Positions 29,670 to 40,016 of a DNA stretch of 64,000 bases are shown one piece after another. The stretch is from the NCBI GenBank assembly GCA_963805625.1, contig CAWDVE010000016.1, positions 512,001 to 576,000 of the forward strand. Direction: 5' to 3'. Within the stretch, counting starts at the first letter, position 1, and each line of letters begins with the position of its first letter. Origin of the DNA: an uncultured Candidatus Rokubacteria bacterium (GTDB lineage Bacteria > Methylomirabilota > Methylomirabilia > Rokubacteriales > DASRDR01). The notes under the pieces were generated by a model. That model searched no databases, was not told where the DNA came from, and saw only the letters and a list, made by a program, of their open reading frames with translations. The translations under genes were made by a program, and so were the position numbers.

Positions 29670-31289
29670 ATGCGCCCCAGGGCTGCTCGACGGTGTCGGT
29701 GTCCCCGGAGTCCGGCGCGCGCGGCAGTCCTTGTCAGCTTCATCGTACTGTTCGCCGTCACCCGTCTCGCCAGCGCGGCGCCGGCCGCCGAGCTTCACGT
29801 CGGCGTGCTCCACGTTCCTGCGAGTCTCGATCCGGCGGAGGCCACGGCGTCGTCCCAGCTCCTGGCGATGCGCCTGCTCTACCAGGGCTTGGTCGCATTC
29901 GGCGAGCGAGGCGACATCGAGCCCGCTCTCGCGACGACGTGGACCGTCTCCCGCGACGGGCTGGTCTGGACCTTCCGGCTCCGCCAGGACGTCCTGCTTC
30001 ACGACGGCACCCCGCTCGGGCCCGATGAGGTCGTCGCGACCCTCGCCGAACGGATCTCCGCCGACGAGCCCCCGGACGGCGCGCCCCCCTGGGTCCGTCC
30101 CTTCCGCGGCGCGGGGCGGGTCGTCCGGGAGGTGCGACGCGGTGAGGGCGCGTCGGTCCAGATCGTCGTGGGGCAGCCATACGCGCCGCTGCTCGCGCTC
30201 CTGGCCCATCCCGGCCTCGCGATCGCCGTCGCGCGGTCCAGCGGCCCTCGGGTCGGGAGCGGGCCTTACCAGGCCGTCGAGCTCACACCCGATCGGCTCG
30301 CGCTGGAAGCGGCGCCGGTCTGGCGAGGGGACCCGCCCCACAGCGCCCGCCTGATACTGCACGCGGTCGCGGACGACGCGGCCGCTCTCGCCGGGCTCGC
30401 TCCCGGAGGTCCTCTCCATGCGGCGCTGCTCGCCGCCCCCCCGGCCTGGGCCGCGGTGGGCCTCCAGGTCATGTCCGGGCCGACCCGGCGGGTCGGACTC
30501 CTGGCGCTTCGGACCGACCGGGGTCTCACGAGCCGCAAGACGGTGCGCCAGGCCGTGGCGCTTGCCCTCGATCCCGCGCTCCTCCGCCCGGCGCTCGGGC
30601 AGTGGGCGGTGCCGCACGCCGCCTGGCTGCCGCCCGGCGCCTGGGCAATGCGCGACGCCAGCACCCTCCTGTTCGACCCCGCGCGAGCGAGGCGACTGCT
30701 GGCTCAGGTCGCTCCGGTCGACCCGACGTTGACCCTCCTCGCGTCGGACCAGGTCTCGGGGCCAGAGGCCGCGGGCATCGCCGACGCCATCCGGCTCTCG
30801 CTGGGCGCCGCGGGCTTCCGCGTACAGGTGCGGCTGGAGCCGCCGGACGCGGCCGAGACCGCCGCGCGGCAGGGTGCGGCAGAGCTGACCCTCCACGAGG
30901 AGACGCTCGAGGTGAACGACCCCGACATCTTTCTCCGGCGGCTCCTGGCCACCGACGGAGCCACGCCCGGGAGCGCGACCAACATCGCCTTCCTCCGGAG
31001 CCCGCTGGTCGATGGCATGCTGTCGCGCGCGGGCCAGCTCGGGTTCCGGCCCGAGCGCTTCCGGCTCTATCAGCGCCTCCAGGGGCTCCTCGGCGAGGAG
31101 TTGCCGTACGTGCCGCTCTACGTCCGGCTCCAGTGGATGGTGGCTCGACCCGAGGTGCGGGGCATGGCCCTGGATTCTGCTGGGCTGCACCGCCTCGAGC
31201 GCATGAGCCTCGAGCCTCCGCCCGTGCCCGCGCCGCCGGAGGCTCCACTGAACCCGCTCTCGGGGATGCCACCGCCCACACGTCCGTGA
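29670..31289 (+). CDS. ABC transporter substrate-binding protein, family 5 (DppA/OppA-like)
   Basis: SLDP; IEPALATTWTVSRDGLVWTFRLRQDVLLHDG; GSGPY; VRQAVALALD; TATAAT at 29656. Confidence 0.88.
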   Translation: MRPRAARRCRCPRSPARAAVLVSFIVLFAVTRLASAAPAAELHVGVLHVPASLDPAEATASSQLLAMRLLYQGLVAFGERGDIEPALATTWTVSRDGLVWTFRLRQDVLLHDGTPLGPDEVVATLAERISADEPPDGAPPWVRPFRGAGRVVREVRRGEGASVQIVVGQPYAPLLALLAHPGLAIAVARSSGPRVGSGPYQAVELTPDRLALEAAPVWRGDPPHSARLILHAVADDAAALAGLAPGGPLHAALLAAPPAWAAVGLQVMSGPTRRVGLLALRTDRGLTSRKTVRQAVALALDPALLRPALGQWAVPHAAWLPPGAWAMRDASTLLFDPARARRLLAQVAPVDPTLTLLASDQVSGPEAAGIADAIRLSLGAAGFRVQVRLEPPDAAETAARQGAAELTLHEETLEVNDPDIFLRRLLATDGATPGSATNIAFLRSPLVDGMLSRAGQLGFRPERFRLYQRLQGLLGEELPYVPLYVRLQWMVARPEVRGMALDSAGLHRLERMSLEPPPVPAPPEAPLNPLSGMPPPTRP

Positions 31290-31513
31290 GACCGGCCACG
31301 GGCTGACACCAGTCCGCCAGTCCGGCGCACCTCGTTCACGCCCCCGCCCCGGCGCCTCCCGCGGGTTCGGGTGTCATCGCGGGCCGGGTCCTGGCGGAGC
31401 GCCCACGGACGAAGGGCCCGCGGCGTGGTTTGCCGGGGGCCAGCGCCGCGGCTACAATGAGTCGGCCTCCCACACGACGGGCCACGACGGGCCAAATCAC
31501 GGAGGAGTCGCTG

Positions 31514-32494
31514 GTGCCCACGGTTCGTGAGACCGTCGCCGAGATGGTCCAGTACGTCTTCCCCCAGTACGCGGGCGCACCGGGCCAGATCTACGGCGGG
31601 CGGATGATGGATTGGATCGCCACCGCGGGAACCCTGGCTGCGTCCCGCGTGGCTCGCGGTCCGGTGACGGTGGGCGCGATGGATGAGATCGACTTCCTTC
31701 ACCCCGTGCGGGTGGGGGAGATCGCGATCCTCCGGGCCCGGGTGGAGTACGTGGGGCGCACGTCGCTCGAGGTAGGGGTGCGGGTCTATTCGGAGAACGC
31801 GGCTACCGGGGAGCGCCACGTGACGCTCTCGTCGCACATGGTGTTCGTCGCGATCGACGAGGCGGTTCAGCCGCGCCCGGTCGCGGCGCGCATCGTTCCC
31901 GCCGACCCCGGGGAGGTCGGCGTCATCGAGGCCGCGCGGGCCCGGCGGGAGGTGCGTCGAGCGCGGCTCGCCTCGCGGGCCGAGCGCGCGCGCGAGGTGA
32001 GAGACGAGACGGAGGGCTTCCACTGGCGATTCGAGCAGCATCGGTTCGTGTTCCCGGAGGACGCCCTCCACGGGACACTGATGTTCGCGGGACGTCTGCT
32101 CCTCACGGTGGACGAGGTCGCCGGGATCCTCGCGGTGCGGTATGCGCGGGCCCCCCTGGCGACGGCGTCGATGGACGCGCTGGAGTTCTACGCGCCGATC
32201 CGGGTGGGCGACATGCTCACACTGCGGGGCGCCCTGACGCGCGTGGGGACGCGATCGATGGAAGTGGAGATCCAGGTGCTCGCCGAGGTGCCGTTCACGG
32301 GTGACATCCGGCACACCTGCACGGCGTACCTGACCTTCGTCAAGCTGCGCGGGGCGGGTGGACCGCTTCCACCACTGGAGGCGGCGACCGCGGTGGAACA
32401 GCGGGAGCGGGACGCGGCGGACAAGCGCCAGGCGGCGCGCGTGGCGCGCGTGCACGCGCTCAAGGAGAGCCTCGAGCGCGAGCCCGCCTGGTAA
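31514..32494 (+). CDS. Acyl-CoA thioesterase, tandem hotdog domains
   Basis: GQIYGGRMMDWI...FLHPVRVGE...VGRTSLEV and a second copy GTLMFAGRLL...VGTRSMEV; GGAGGAG RBS before GTG 31514. Confidence 0.88.
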   Translation: MPTVRETVAEMVQYVFPQYAGAPGQIYGGRMMDWIATAGTLAASRVARGPVTVGAMDEIDFLHPVRVGEIAILRARVEYVGRTSLEVGVRVYSENAATGERHVTLSSHMVFVAIDEAVQPRPVAARIVPADPGEVGVIEAARARREVRRARLASRAERAREVRDETEGFHWRFEQHRFVFPEDALHGTLMFAGRLLLTVDEVAGILAVRYARAPLATASMDALEFYAPIRVGDMLTLRGALTRVGTRSMEVEIQVLAEVPFTGDIRHTCTAYLTFVKLRGAGGPLPPLEAATAVEQRERDAADKRQAARVARVHALKESLEREPAW

Positions 32495-32577
32495 CGGGAA
32501 GCCAGCGAACCGATCGGCTGGCGGCATGCGGAGACGGGGGACGCTTTGCCCCCCGGGGAACGGAGAGGGGTGAGAGG

Positions 32578-33327
32578 ATGTCCGGTCATTCGAAGTGGTC
32601 CCAGATCAAGCGCAAGAAGGCGAAGACGGACCAGGCGCGAGGGAAGGTGTTCTCCAAGCTCGTCCGGGAGATCACGACCGCGGCGCGGACCGGCGGGGAT
32701 CCGAAGATGAACATGCGGCTCAAGACCGCGATCGAGGAGGCGAAGGCCGTCAACATGCCCGCCGACACCCTCAAGCGCGCGATCCAGAAGGGGACGGGCG
32801 AGCTGCCGGGCGAGACCTACGAGGAGATCACCTACGAGGGGTACGGGCCGGGCGGGGTCGCCGTCATGGTCAAGGTGCTGACCGACAACAAGAACCGCAC
32901 CGCGCCGGAGATCCGGCACACGTTCACGAAGTTCAGCGGCAACCTCGGTGAGGTGGGCTCGGTCGGCTGGATGTTCGACCGCAAGGGGATCATCCAGGTC
33001 GAGGCCGCCCGCGTGGACGAGGACGAGCTCCTGGGGCTGGCTCTGGATGCCGGCGCGGCCGATCTCAGGCGCGCGGACTCGGTCTTCGAGATCACGGCGA
33101 CGCCGCACGATCTCGAGGAGGTCCGGCGGGCGCTGGAGGGGCGAGGAGTGCCGATCCAGTCCGCGGAAGTGACCTACGTGCCGCAGTCGACGGTCCGCCT
33201 CGAGGGCAAGGACGCGCAGCAGGTGCTACGCCTCGTCGAGGGGCTGGAGGAGCTCGACGACGTGCAGCACGTGTACGCGAACTTCGACATTCCCGACGAG
33301 GTGCTGGAGGCGCAGGGAGCCGCTTGA
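32578..33327 (+). CDS. yebC: YebC/PmpR family protein
   Basis: MSGHSKWSQIK; YEGYGPGG; TDNKNRT; DDVQHVYAN. Confidence 0.96.
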   Translation: MSGHSKWSQIKRKKAKTDQARGKVFSKLVREITTAARTGGDPKMNMRLKTAIEEAKAVNMPADTLKRAIQKGTGELPGETYEEITYEGYGPGGVAVMVKVLTDNKNRTAPEIRHTFTKFSGNLGEVGSVGWMFDRKGIIQVEAARVDEDELLGLALDAGAADLRRADSVFEITATPHDLEEVRRALEGRGVPIQSAEVTYVPQSTVRLEGKDAQQVLRLVEGLEELDDVQHVYANFDIPDEVLEAQGAA

Positions 33328-33332
33328 GCGGG

Positions 33333-33854
33333 ATGGACGAAGCCTCCATCCCGCCGCGCCCCGCGCCGCGCGCCGTCGGGTTCGATCCGGGACTGGCCGA
33401 TACGGGCTACGCGGCGCTCGAGGGCGGGCGCCGGGTACCCACCGTGCTCGGGACCGGGGTCATCCGGACGAGCGCCCGAGACCCGCTGGAGGTGCGGCTC
33501 GAGGCGCTGTTCGACGGAGCGCGGGACGTGCTCGAGCGGTTCGTGCCCGATCTCGTGATCATCGAGGACATCTTCAGCGCGTCGTCGATTCCGCGCACCG
33601 CCATCCTGATGGGTCATGCGCGGGCTGCCGTTTGCCTCGCTGGCCGGCGGCAGCGGGTCCTGCTCGTCTCGGTGGCGCCGTCGGAGGTCAAGCGGGCGGT
33701 GACCGCCTCGGGGGCCGCGCCCAAGGCGCAGGTCGCGCGGGCCATGCAGGTCCTTCTGGCCCTGACCGCCCCGCCGCGACCGAGCCACGTCGCCGACGCG
33801 CTCGCGCTCGCCTACACCGGCCTGTCGCGGGCCCGCGGGCTGGGCGGACGATGA
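33333..33854 (+). CDS. ruvC: Crossover junction endodeoxyribonuclease RuvC
   Basis: GFDPGLADTGY; IEDIF; EVKRAVT; ADALALA; gene context. Confidence 0.92.
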   Translation: MDEASIPPRPAPRAVGFDPGLADTGYAALEGGRRVPTVLGTGVIRTSARDPLEVRLEALFDGARDVLERFVPDLVIIEDIFSASSIPRTAILMGHARAAVCLAGRRQRVLLVSVAPSEVKRAVTASGAAPKAQVARAMQVLLALTAPPRPSHVADALALAYTGLSRARGLGGR

Positions 33855-34495
33855 TTGCCTCGCTCCGCGGGCGGCTGCGCCGCCGATTGGAGGGCCGCGT
33901 GATCCTCGAGTCGGCCGGCGTGGGGTACGAGGTCGTGCTGCCGCCCGTCGTCGCCCGCGGACTCGAGGACCTGATGGCGGGCGACGGCGACGCCGCCGCC
34001 GAGCTCGAGCTCGTGATCTACTACCATGCCACGCGTGACCAGCCCCGGCCCGTCCTGATCGGGTTCGCCAAGGACGTGGAGCGTGAGTTCTTCGAGCGGC
34101 TCATCACCGTCAAGGACGTGGGGCCCCTGGTCGCGGCTCGCGCGCTGGTCGCGCCGATCGCGGACATCGCGGAGGCGATCGTCCGGAAGGACGAGCGCTT
34201 CCTCCGCCGGCTGCCGGGGATCGGACCCCAGAAATGCCGCAACATCGTCGCGCAGCTGGAGGGTAAGGTGGCCAAGTACGCGCTCCTCCCGCGGGAGGAG
34301 GCGCCGACGCCGCCGCCGCGCGAGGAGGGCGACGAGGTGCGCGTGCTGGTCCGCGATATCTTGGTCCGGCAGATGGGGCTCAGGCCGGGAGAGGCCGACC
34401 AGGCGATCCGCGAGGCCCTGGCGCGGCGGCCGGACATCGACGCGCCGGAGGCGCTCTTCGAGGAGATCTACCGTGCTCGCCGGGGGTCGCCATGA
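33851..34495 (+). CDS. ruvA: Holliday junction branch migration protein RuvA
   Basis: MIASLRG; GVGYEV; FERLITVKDVGP; LPGIGP. Confidence 0.9.
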   Translation: MIASLRGRLRRRLEGRVILESAGVGYEVVLPPVVARGLEDLMAGDGDAAAELELVIYYHATRDQPRPVLIGFAKDVEREFFERLITVKDVGPLVAARALVAPIADIAEAIVRKDERFLRRLPGIGPQKCRNIVAQLEGKVAKYALLPREEAPTPPPREEGDEVRVLVRDILVRQMGLRPGEADQAIREALARRPDIDAPEALFEEIYRARRGSP

Positions 34496-34604
34496 CGCCG
34501 ACGAGGGCGCCGCTGGGGCGAGCCCGGGACAGGACCCGTGTCGGGAGGACGGTCAGGGGGCGGCAGGATCCGTCGGGGTCGGGCCGTGGCGGACGAGGGG
34601 TGCG

Positions 34605-35627
34605 GTGAGCGAGAACCTGCTGAGCGGCACCCCACTGGCCGACGAGGCGCCGTTCGAGCGCGCGTTACGCCCGCAGCGCCTGGACGAGTACATCGGCCAG
34701 CGCGAGGCGGTGGAGAGCCTGCGCGTTTCGGTGGAGGCGGCGCGGCAGCGCGGAGAGTGCCTGGACCACGTGCTCCTCTACGGGCCGCCGGGTCTCGGCA
34801 AGACGACGCTCGCCATCATCCTGGCCAACGAGATGGGGAGCGGGCTCAAGAGCACATCGGGGCCGGCGCTCGAGCGCGGCGACGATCTGATGGGGGTCCT
34901 GACGAGTCTCGAGCCCCGCGACGTGCTCTTCGTGGATGAGATCCACCGGCTGCCACGGGTGGTCGAGGAGCTCTTCTACCCGGCAATGGAGGATTTCGAG
35001 GTCAACTTCGTCATTGAGCGCGGGATGCACGCCCGGACCATGCGGATCCCGCTCAAGCCGTTCACCCTGGTTGGCGCCACGACGCGGCCCGGCATGCTGA
35101 GCGCGCCGCTGCGCGAGCGCTTCGGGATCTTCCACCACCTGGACTTTTACGACGACGAGGAGCTGGCGCGGATCGTCGTCCGGTCGGCGGGCATCCTCGG
35201 CCTCCCCATCGAGCCAGGGGGCGCCGCCGAGATCGCGCGGCGCGCCCGGGGCACCCCGCGCATCGCCAACCGCCTCCTCCGGCGCGTCCGGGACTACGCG
35301 CAGGTCAAGGGCGACGGCCGCATCAGCCCCGGCATCGCCGACGCCTCCCTCACCATGGAAGGTGTCGACACGCGCGGCCTGGACCGGTTGGACCGACGCT
35401 TCCTCCAGGCGATCGTCGAGCAGTACGGGGGCGGCCCCGTGGGTCTCGAGGCCATCGCCGCGACCATCAACGACGACGCGGAGACGCTGGCGGAGCTGGT
35501 CGAGCCCTATCTCCTCAAGATCGGACTGGTGGTGCGAACCCCGAGCGGCCGGCGCGCGACGCCTGCCGCCTACCGGCACCTCGGCCACCGAGGGGGCGAA
35601 GGCCCTCTCCAGCTGTCTCTCGAGTAG
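34605..35627 (+). CDS. ruvB: Holliday junction DNA helicase RuvB
   Basis: LRPQRLDEYIGQ; GPPGLGKTT; FVDEIHRL; RGTPRIANRLLRRVRD. Confidence 0.96.
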   Translation: MSENLLSGTPLADEAPFERALRPQRLDEYIGQREAVESLRVSVEAARQRGECLDHVLLYGPPGLGKTTLAIILANEMGSGLKSTSGPALERGDDLMGVLTSLEPRDVLFVDEIHRLPRVVEELFYPAMEDFEVNFVIERGMHARTMRIPLKPFTLVGATTRPGMLSAPLRERFGIFHHLDFYDDEELARIVVRSAGILGLPIEPGGAAEIARRARGTPRIANRLLRRVRDYAQVKGDGRISPGIADASLTMEGVDTRGLDRLDRRFLQAIVEQYGGGPVGLEAIAATINDDAETLAELVEPYLLKIGLVVRTPSGRRATPAAYRHLGHRGGEGPLQLSLE

Positions 35628-35647
35628 CTGGCGAGTAGGCGGAGACG

Positions 35648-35875
35648 ATGGCGGACGTCGGTCGGATGCTGGTGGTGCTCGGGGTCGTGCTGGTCGTGGT
35701 CGGCGGCGTGCTCTGGCTGGGTGGCGCCGCTGGCGGCAAGGTTCCCTTCCTCGGCCGGCTGCCGGGCGACATTCACGTCGCGCGAGGCAACTGGTCGTTC
35801 TACTTCCCGCTGACCACCTCGATCCTTCTGAGCATCGTGCTCACGCTGGTCTTGGCGCTTCTTTCCCGCCGATGA
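35648..35875 (+). CDS. DUF2905 family membrane protein
   Basis: LGRLPGDI...FYFPLTTSILLS. Confidence 0.9.
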   Translation: MADVGRMLVVLGVVLVVVGGVLWLGGAAGGKVPFLGRLPGDIHVARGNWSFYFPLTTSILLSIVLTLVLALLSRR

Positions 35876-37044
35876 TCGAGCGCGTGAGCGGGACGGCTCG
35901 CCGCCTCTCCGCCGGGCGGGCGATCGCGGCTGTCGTCGTCTGGCTTGCGTGCGCGGCCGGCATGGCGAGTCCGGCGAGGGCGCTCGAGCCGATGAGGATC
36001 GCCCTCCTGGACGGCCTTCGTCATGCGGAGATCGGCGTGGCCGAGGTCGTGACGATATCCGACCCGGTCGCCGGGCGGGCGCTTTTCAGACTGCCCGGTC
36101 CGCGCATCCTGCGCGTGGTGCCGTCGGGCACAGGGCTGGATGTGGTCGGGGGCCGGCGGGTGGATCTGCCTCGCATCCGCCTCGAAGTGCGACGCGGCCC
36201 CCTCCGGGTGGGCACGCGAGACTACATCGGAGCGATCGAGATATGGCGCCAGGCGGACGGGCTCCTTCTGGTGAACGAGCTGCCCATGGAGGAATACGTT
36301 GCCGGGACGGTGCGCGGCGAGGCCTCCGAGCGGTGGCCCGTGGAGGCCCTGCGGGCGCTGGCGGTGGTGGCGCGCACGTACGCCGTCTTCCAGCAGAGCC
36401 GCGCCGCGGGGAAGGCGTTCCACGTCGTCGCGAGCAACCAAGACCAGAACTTCGCCGGCTGGGCGATGGAGGGGTCGCCCGCGCGGGAGGTCGCCCGGAC
36501 GACGGCCGGGCAAGTGCTGACCTGGCAGGGTCGGGTGTTCCCGACCTTCTATCACTCGGACTCCGGCGGCTTCACCGAGGCGGCACAGAGCGTCTTCTCG
36601 GGGGACGGTGTCCCCCCGCTCGAGGGCGTCCGCGACGAGTTCTCCATGGAGTCGCCGAACTACACGTGGACCGTGACCCTCCCGCTCACCGTGATCGGGG
36701 AGCGGCTCCGCCGGGGAGGGCTCGAGGTGGGGCAGGTGACCCGGCTCACGGTGCTCGAGCGCAGCCCCTCCTTCCGTGTCGCGCGCCTTGCCGTCGAGCA
36801 CTCTCGCGGGACGGCCACGCTCCGGGGGGCCGACTTCCGGCGGCTGATCGGGTACGATGCGTTGAAGAGTACGCTCTTCGTTCCGGTCGCCCATGATGGT
36901 GTGGTGCGGTTCGAGGGGCGCGGCTGGGGGCATGGCGTGGGCCTGTCCCAGTTCGGCGCCAAGGGCATGGCCGACCGCGGATACGCGTATCCTCAGATTC
37001 TCGAGCATTACTATCCAGGCACCGCTCTGGCGACCCTGCGGTGA
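35872..37044 (+). CDS. SpoIID/LytB domain protein
   Basis: VNELPMEEYVAG; EALRALAVVARTY; GRGWGHGVGLSQFGA; ILEHYYPG. Confidence 0.93.
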   Translation: MIERVSGTARRLSAGRAIAAVVVWLACAAGMASPARALEPMRIALLDGLRHAEIGVAEVVTISDPVAGRALFRLPGPRILRVVPSGTGLDVVGGRRVDLPRIRLEVRRGPLRVGTRDYIGAIEIWRQADGLLLVNELPMEEYVAGTVRGEASERWPVEALRALAVVARTYAVFQQSRAAGKAFHVVASNQDQNFAGWAMEGSPAREVARTTAGQVLTWQGRVFPTFYHSDSGGFTEAAQSVFSGDGVPPLEGVRDEFSMESPNYTWTVTLPLTVIGERLRRGGLEVGQVTRLTVLERSPSFRVARLAVEHSRGTATLRGADFRRLIGYDALKSTLFVPVAHDGVVRFEGRGWGHGVGLSQFGAKGMADRGYAYPQILEHYYPGTALATLR

Positions 37045-37058
37045 GAGGGGGCCGGAGG

Positions 37059-37418
37059 GTGACTGACGAGCCCCAGATCCCAGTGAGCGAGATCACCTGG
37101 AGCGACTTCGAGCGAGTGGACATGCGGGTTGGCACCGTCGTGCGGGCCGAGCCCTTCCCGGAGGCTCGGAAGCCGGCGTACAAGCTCTGGATCGATCTCG
37201 GCCCGCTCGGGGAGCGGCGGTCGAGCGCTCAGATCACCGACCGGTACCGGCCCGAGGACCTGCTCGGGCGCCAGGTCGTGTGCGTCGTCAACTTCCCGCC
37301 GAAGCGGATCGGGCCGTTCGTCTCCGAGGTGCTCGTGCTCGGAGCCTACGTCGACGGCCACACGGTCGTCCTTCTCCGTCCCGAGCAGGACGTCGAGCGG
37401 GGAAGCCGCATTGGCTAG
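37059..37418 (+). CDS. csaA: tRNA-binding protein / chaperone CsaA
   Basis: DFERVDMRVG; ARKPAYKL; SSAQIT; VVNFPPKRIG. Confidence 0.9.
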   Translation: MTDEPQIPVSEITWSDFERVDMRVGTVVRAEPFPEARKPAYKLWIDLGPLGERRSSAQITDRYRPEDLLGRQVVCVVNFPPKRIGPFVSEVLVLGAYVDGHTVVLLRPEQDVERGSRIG

Positions 37419-37419
37419 C

Positions 37420-38487
37420 GTGGCCCCGGTCGCCGGCGACCTCGCCCAGTTCGACTACGCGCTGCCGCCGGACCGGATCGCCCAGGAGCCGGCGGAGCCG
37501 CGCGACGCGGCGCGGCTCCTCGTCCTCGACCGACGGTTCGGCGCGCTCGGGGACGCCCGGGTGAGCAACCTCCCGCGCTTCCTCCGGGTGGGGGACTGTC
37601 TCGTGCTGAACGACACGCGGGTCCTGCCCGCCCGCCTCCTCGGGCGAATCGAGGAGACCGAGCGCGACGTCGAGATGCTGCTGCTCCACCCGGTCGGCCC
37701 GACCAACGAAGACTGGGCCGCGCTCCTCCGTCCGGCCCGGCGCTGTCCGGTCGGGACGACGGTTGCCCTGGCCGACGGGGCTGCCCGGGCGACCGTGACC
37801 GCCCGGGAGGAGCTGGGGCGGGCGCGGGTCCGGCTCGACGGGACCGGTCCGGTCGAGACGTTCCTCGAGGTCCACGGGCTGCCGCCGCTCCCGCCGTACA
37901 TCCGCCGGTACCGGAAACCCGGCGGCGAGGACTGGGCACGTTACCAGACCGTCTACGCGGCCCGGCCCGGCGCCGTGGCTGCGCCGACGGCAGGCCTTCA
38001 CTTCACGGAGGCGCTGCTCGCGGCCCTCGAGGCGCAGGGCGTCGAGCTCCACCGGGTGACGCTTCACGTCGGCCCGGGGACCTTCCGGCCTGTCCGTGCC
38101 GAACGGATTGCCGATCACCGGGTGGAGGCGGAGCGATTCGAGGTCTCGGAGGCAACGGCGATGGCGGTCGGCCGCGCCCGGCGCGAGGGCCGCCGCGTGG
38201 TGGCGGTGGGGACGACGACCGTCCGGGTGCTCGAGACCGTGGCCATGCCGGACGGCTGCGTGGCCCCGGGCGCCGGCTGGACCGACCTCACCATCGTGCC
38301 CGGGCATCGGTTCCGCGCGGTCGACGCGCTCCTCACGAACTTCCACCTGCCACGCTCGTCGCTGCTTCTCCTGGTTTCGGCCTTCGCCGGGCGCGAGCGG
38401 GTGCTCGACGCCTACGCTCACGCCGTCGCCGTCGGCTACCGGTTCTACAGCTACGGCGATGCCATGCTGATCACGGACGGCGGTTAG
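37420..38487 (+). CDS. queA: tRNA preQ1(34) SAM ribosyltransferase-isomerase
   Basis: FDYALP; LPPYI; YQTVYA; AAPTAGLHF; TNFHLPRSSL; YRFYSYGDAM. Confidence 0.96.
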   Translation: MAPVAGDLAQFDYALPPDRIAQEPAEPRDAARLLVLDRRFGALGDARVSNLPRFLRVGDCLVLNDTRVLPARLLGRIEETERDVEMLLLHPVGPTNEDWAALLRPARRCPVGTTVALADGAARATVTAREELGRARVRLDGTGPVETFLEVHGLPPLPPYIRRYRKPGGEDWARYQTVYAARPGAVAAPTAGLHFTEALLAALEAQGVELHRVTLHVGPGTFRPVRAERIADHRVEAERFEVSEATAMAVGRARREGRRVVAVGTTTVRVLETVAMPDGCVAPGAGWTDLTIVPGHRFRAVDALLTNFHLPRSSLLLLVSAFAGRERVLDAYAHAVAVGYRFYSYGDAMLITDGG

Positions 38488-38490
38488 CCC

Positions 38491-39666
38491 TTGACCCCAT
38501 CCTTCGAGCTGCTGGCGCAGGATGGCGAGGCGCGACGGGGCCGGCTCCACACCCCGCACGGCACCGTCGAGACGCCCGCCTTCATGCCGGTCGGGACGCT
38601 GGGGACGGTCAAGAGCCTCACCCCGGCGGATCTCCGGGGGATCGGGGCCGAGATCGTCCTCGCCAACACCTACCACCTGTTCCTGCGGCCCGGCGCCGCG
38701 CTGATCGCCGAGCTCGGGGGTCTCCACCGCTTCATGGCGTGGGATGGGCCCATCCTCACCGACTCGGGTGGGTTCCAGGTGTGGAGCCTCGCCGCGCTCC
38801 GGACCATCCGCGAGGAGGGGGTGCGCTTCCGCTCGCACCTCGACGGCGGCACGGAGCATCTGCTCACACCCGAACTGGTCGTCGAGGTGCAGCAGGCGCT
38901 CGGGGTCGACGTCCTGCATCCCCTCGACGAGTGCCTGCCGCACCCGGCGTCGCGGGATGCGGTGGAGGCGTCCTTGCGGCGCACGGTCCGCTGGGCCCGG
39001 CGGGCGCACGCGGCCCACGTGGCCGGGCGCCGCGCGGGCCAAGCCTGCTTCGGCATCGTCCAGGGCGGCATGTACCCGGATCTGCGGCGCGCGGCCGTGG
39101 CGGAGACCTGCGCGCTCGGGTTCGACGGCTACGCGCTCGGCGGGTTCGCGGTCGGCGAGCCCCGGGGGCTCATGCGCGAGCTGGTCGGGCTCACGGCCTC
39201 CGCGCTCCCCGCCGATCGCCCCCGCTACCTGATGGGGGTCGGTCGTCCCGGGGACCTGGTGGACGCGGTGGCGGCCGGGGTGGACATGTTCGACTGCGTG
39301 CTGCCGACCCGGCACGCCCGGACGGGCCAGGCGTTCACGCGCCGAGGTCTGCTGGTCATCCGCCACGCCGCACATGCCCGGGCCCCCGAGCCGCTCGACC
39401 CATCGTGCCCGTGCTACGCGTGCCGGAACTTCTCGCGCGCCTACCTCCGGCACCTCTTCCTGGCGCGGGAGCTCACCGTGTACCGGCTCCTCACGCTCCA
39501 CAACCTGACATACTATCTCGGCTTGATGGCCGGCCTGCGCGCCGCCATCTCGGCCGGCACTTTCGCCGCGTTCCGACAGGCCGTGCTCGAGGCGTATGGC
39601 TCGGACGACGCCGAGCCGGTGACGGCGCCGGGTGGCGAACCACCCGGGCAAGAGGAGGCATCGTGA
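38491..39666 (+). CDS. tgt: tRNA guanosine(34) transglycosylase
   Basis: TPAFMPVGT; LTDSGGFQV; GIVQGG; DMFDCVLPTR; CxCxxC. Confidence 0.96.
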   Translation: MTPSFELLAQDGEARRGRLHTPHGTVETPAFMPVGTLGTVKSLTPADLRGIGAEIVLANTYHLFLRPGAALIAELGGLHRFMAWDGPILTDSGGFQVWSLAALRTIREEGVRFRSHLDGGTEHLLTPELVVEVQQALGVDVLHPLDECLPHPASRDAVEASLRRTVRWARRAHAAHVAGRRAGQACFGIVQGGMYPDLRRAAVAETCALGFDGYALGGFAVGEPRGLMRELVGLTASALPADRPRYLMGVGRPGDLVDAVAAGVDMFDCVLPTRHARTGQAFTRRGLLVIRHAAHARAPEPLDPSCPCYACRNFSRAYLRHLFLARELTVYRLLTLHNLTYYLGLMAGLRAAISAGTFAAFRQAVLEAYGSDDAEPVTAPGGEPPGQEEAS

Positions 39667-40001
39667 TCGACCTCGCCTACGCCATGGGGCCGTCACCGCA
39701 GCCGGGTGGTGGCGCCGCGTCCATGCTGATCCAGCTCGTCCCGATCGCGCTCGTGCTGGGCATCTTCTTCTTCCTCGTGATTCGCCCCCAGCAGGCGGAG
39801 CGCCGGAGGCGCGAGCAGATGCTCGCCAGCCTGAAGAAGGGCGACCGGGTGGTGACGTCCGGAGGCCTGATCGGCACGATCGTCGGCGTCACGGACCGGA
39901 AGGTCAGCCTGAAGCTCGGGGACTCCATCCGCGTGGAGTGTCTCAGGAGCGCGATCACGGGGTTCGAGTCCGACGGCAAGGCCGACGCGGACACGGCCTG
40001 A
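39663..40001 (+). CDS. yajC: Preprotein translocase subunit YajC
   Basis: FFLVIRPQQ; LKKGDRVVTSGGLIG. Confidence 0.93.
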   Translation: MIDLAYAMGPSPQPGGGAASMLIQLVPIALVLGIFFFLVIRPQQAERRRREQMLASLKKGDRVVTSGGLIGTIVGVTDRKVSLKLGDSIRVECLRSAITGFESDGKADADTA

Positions 40002-40016
40002 CGGGAGCAACCGACC

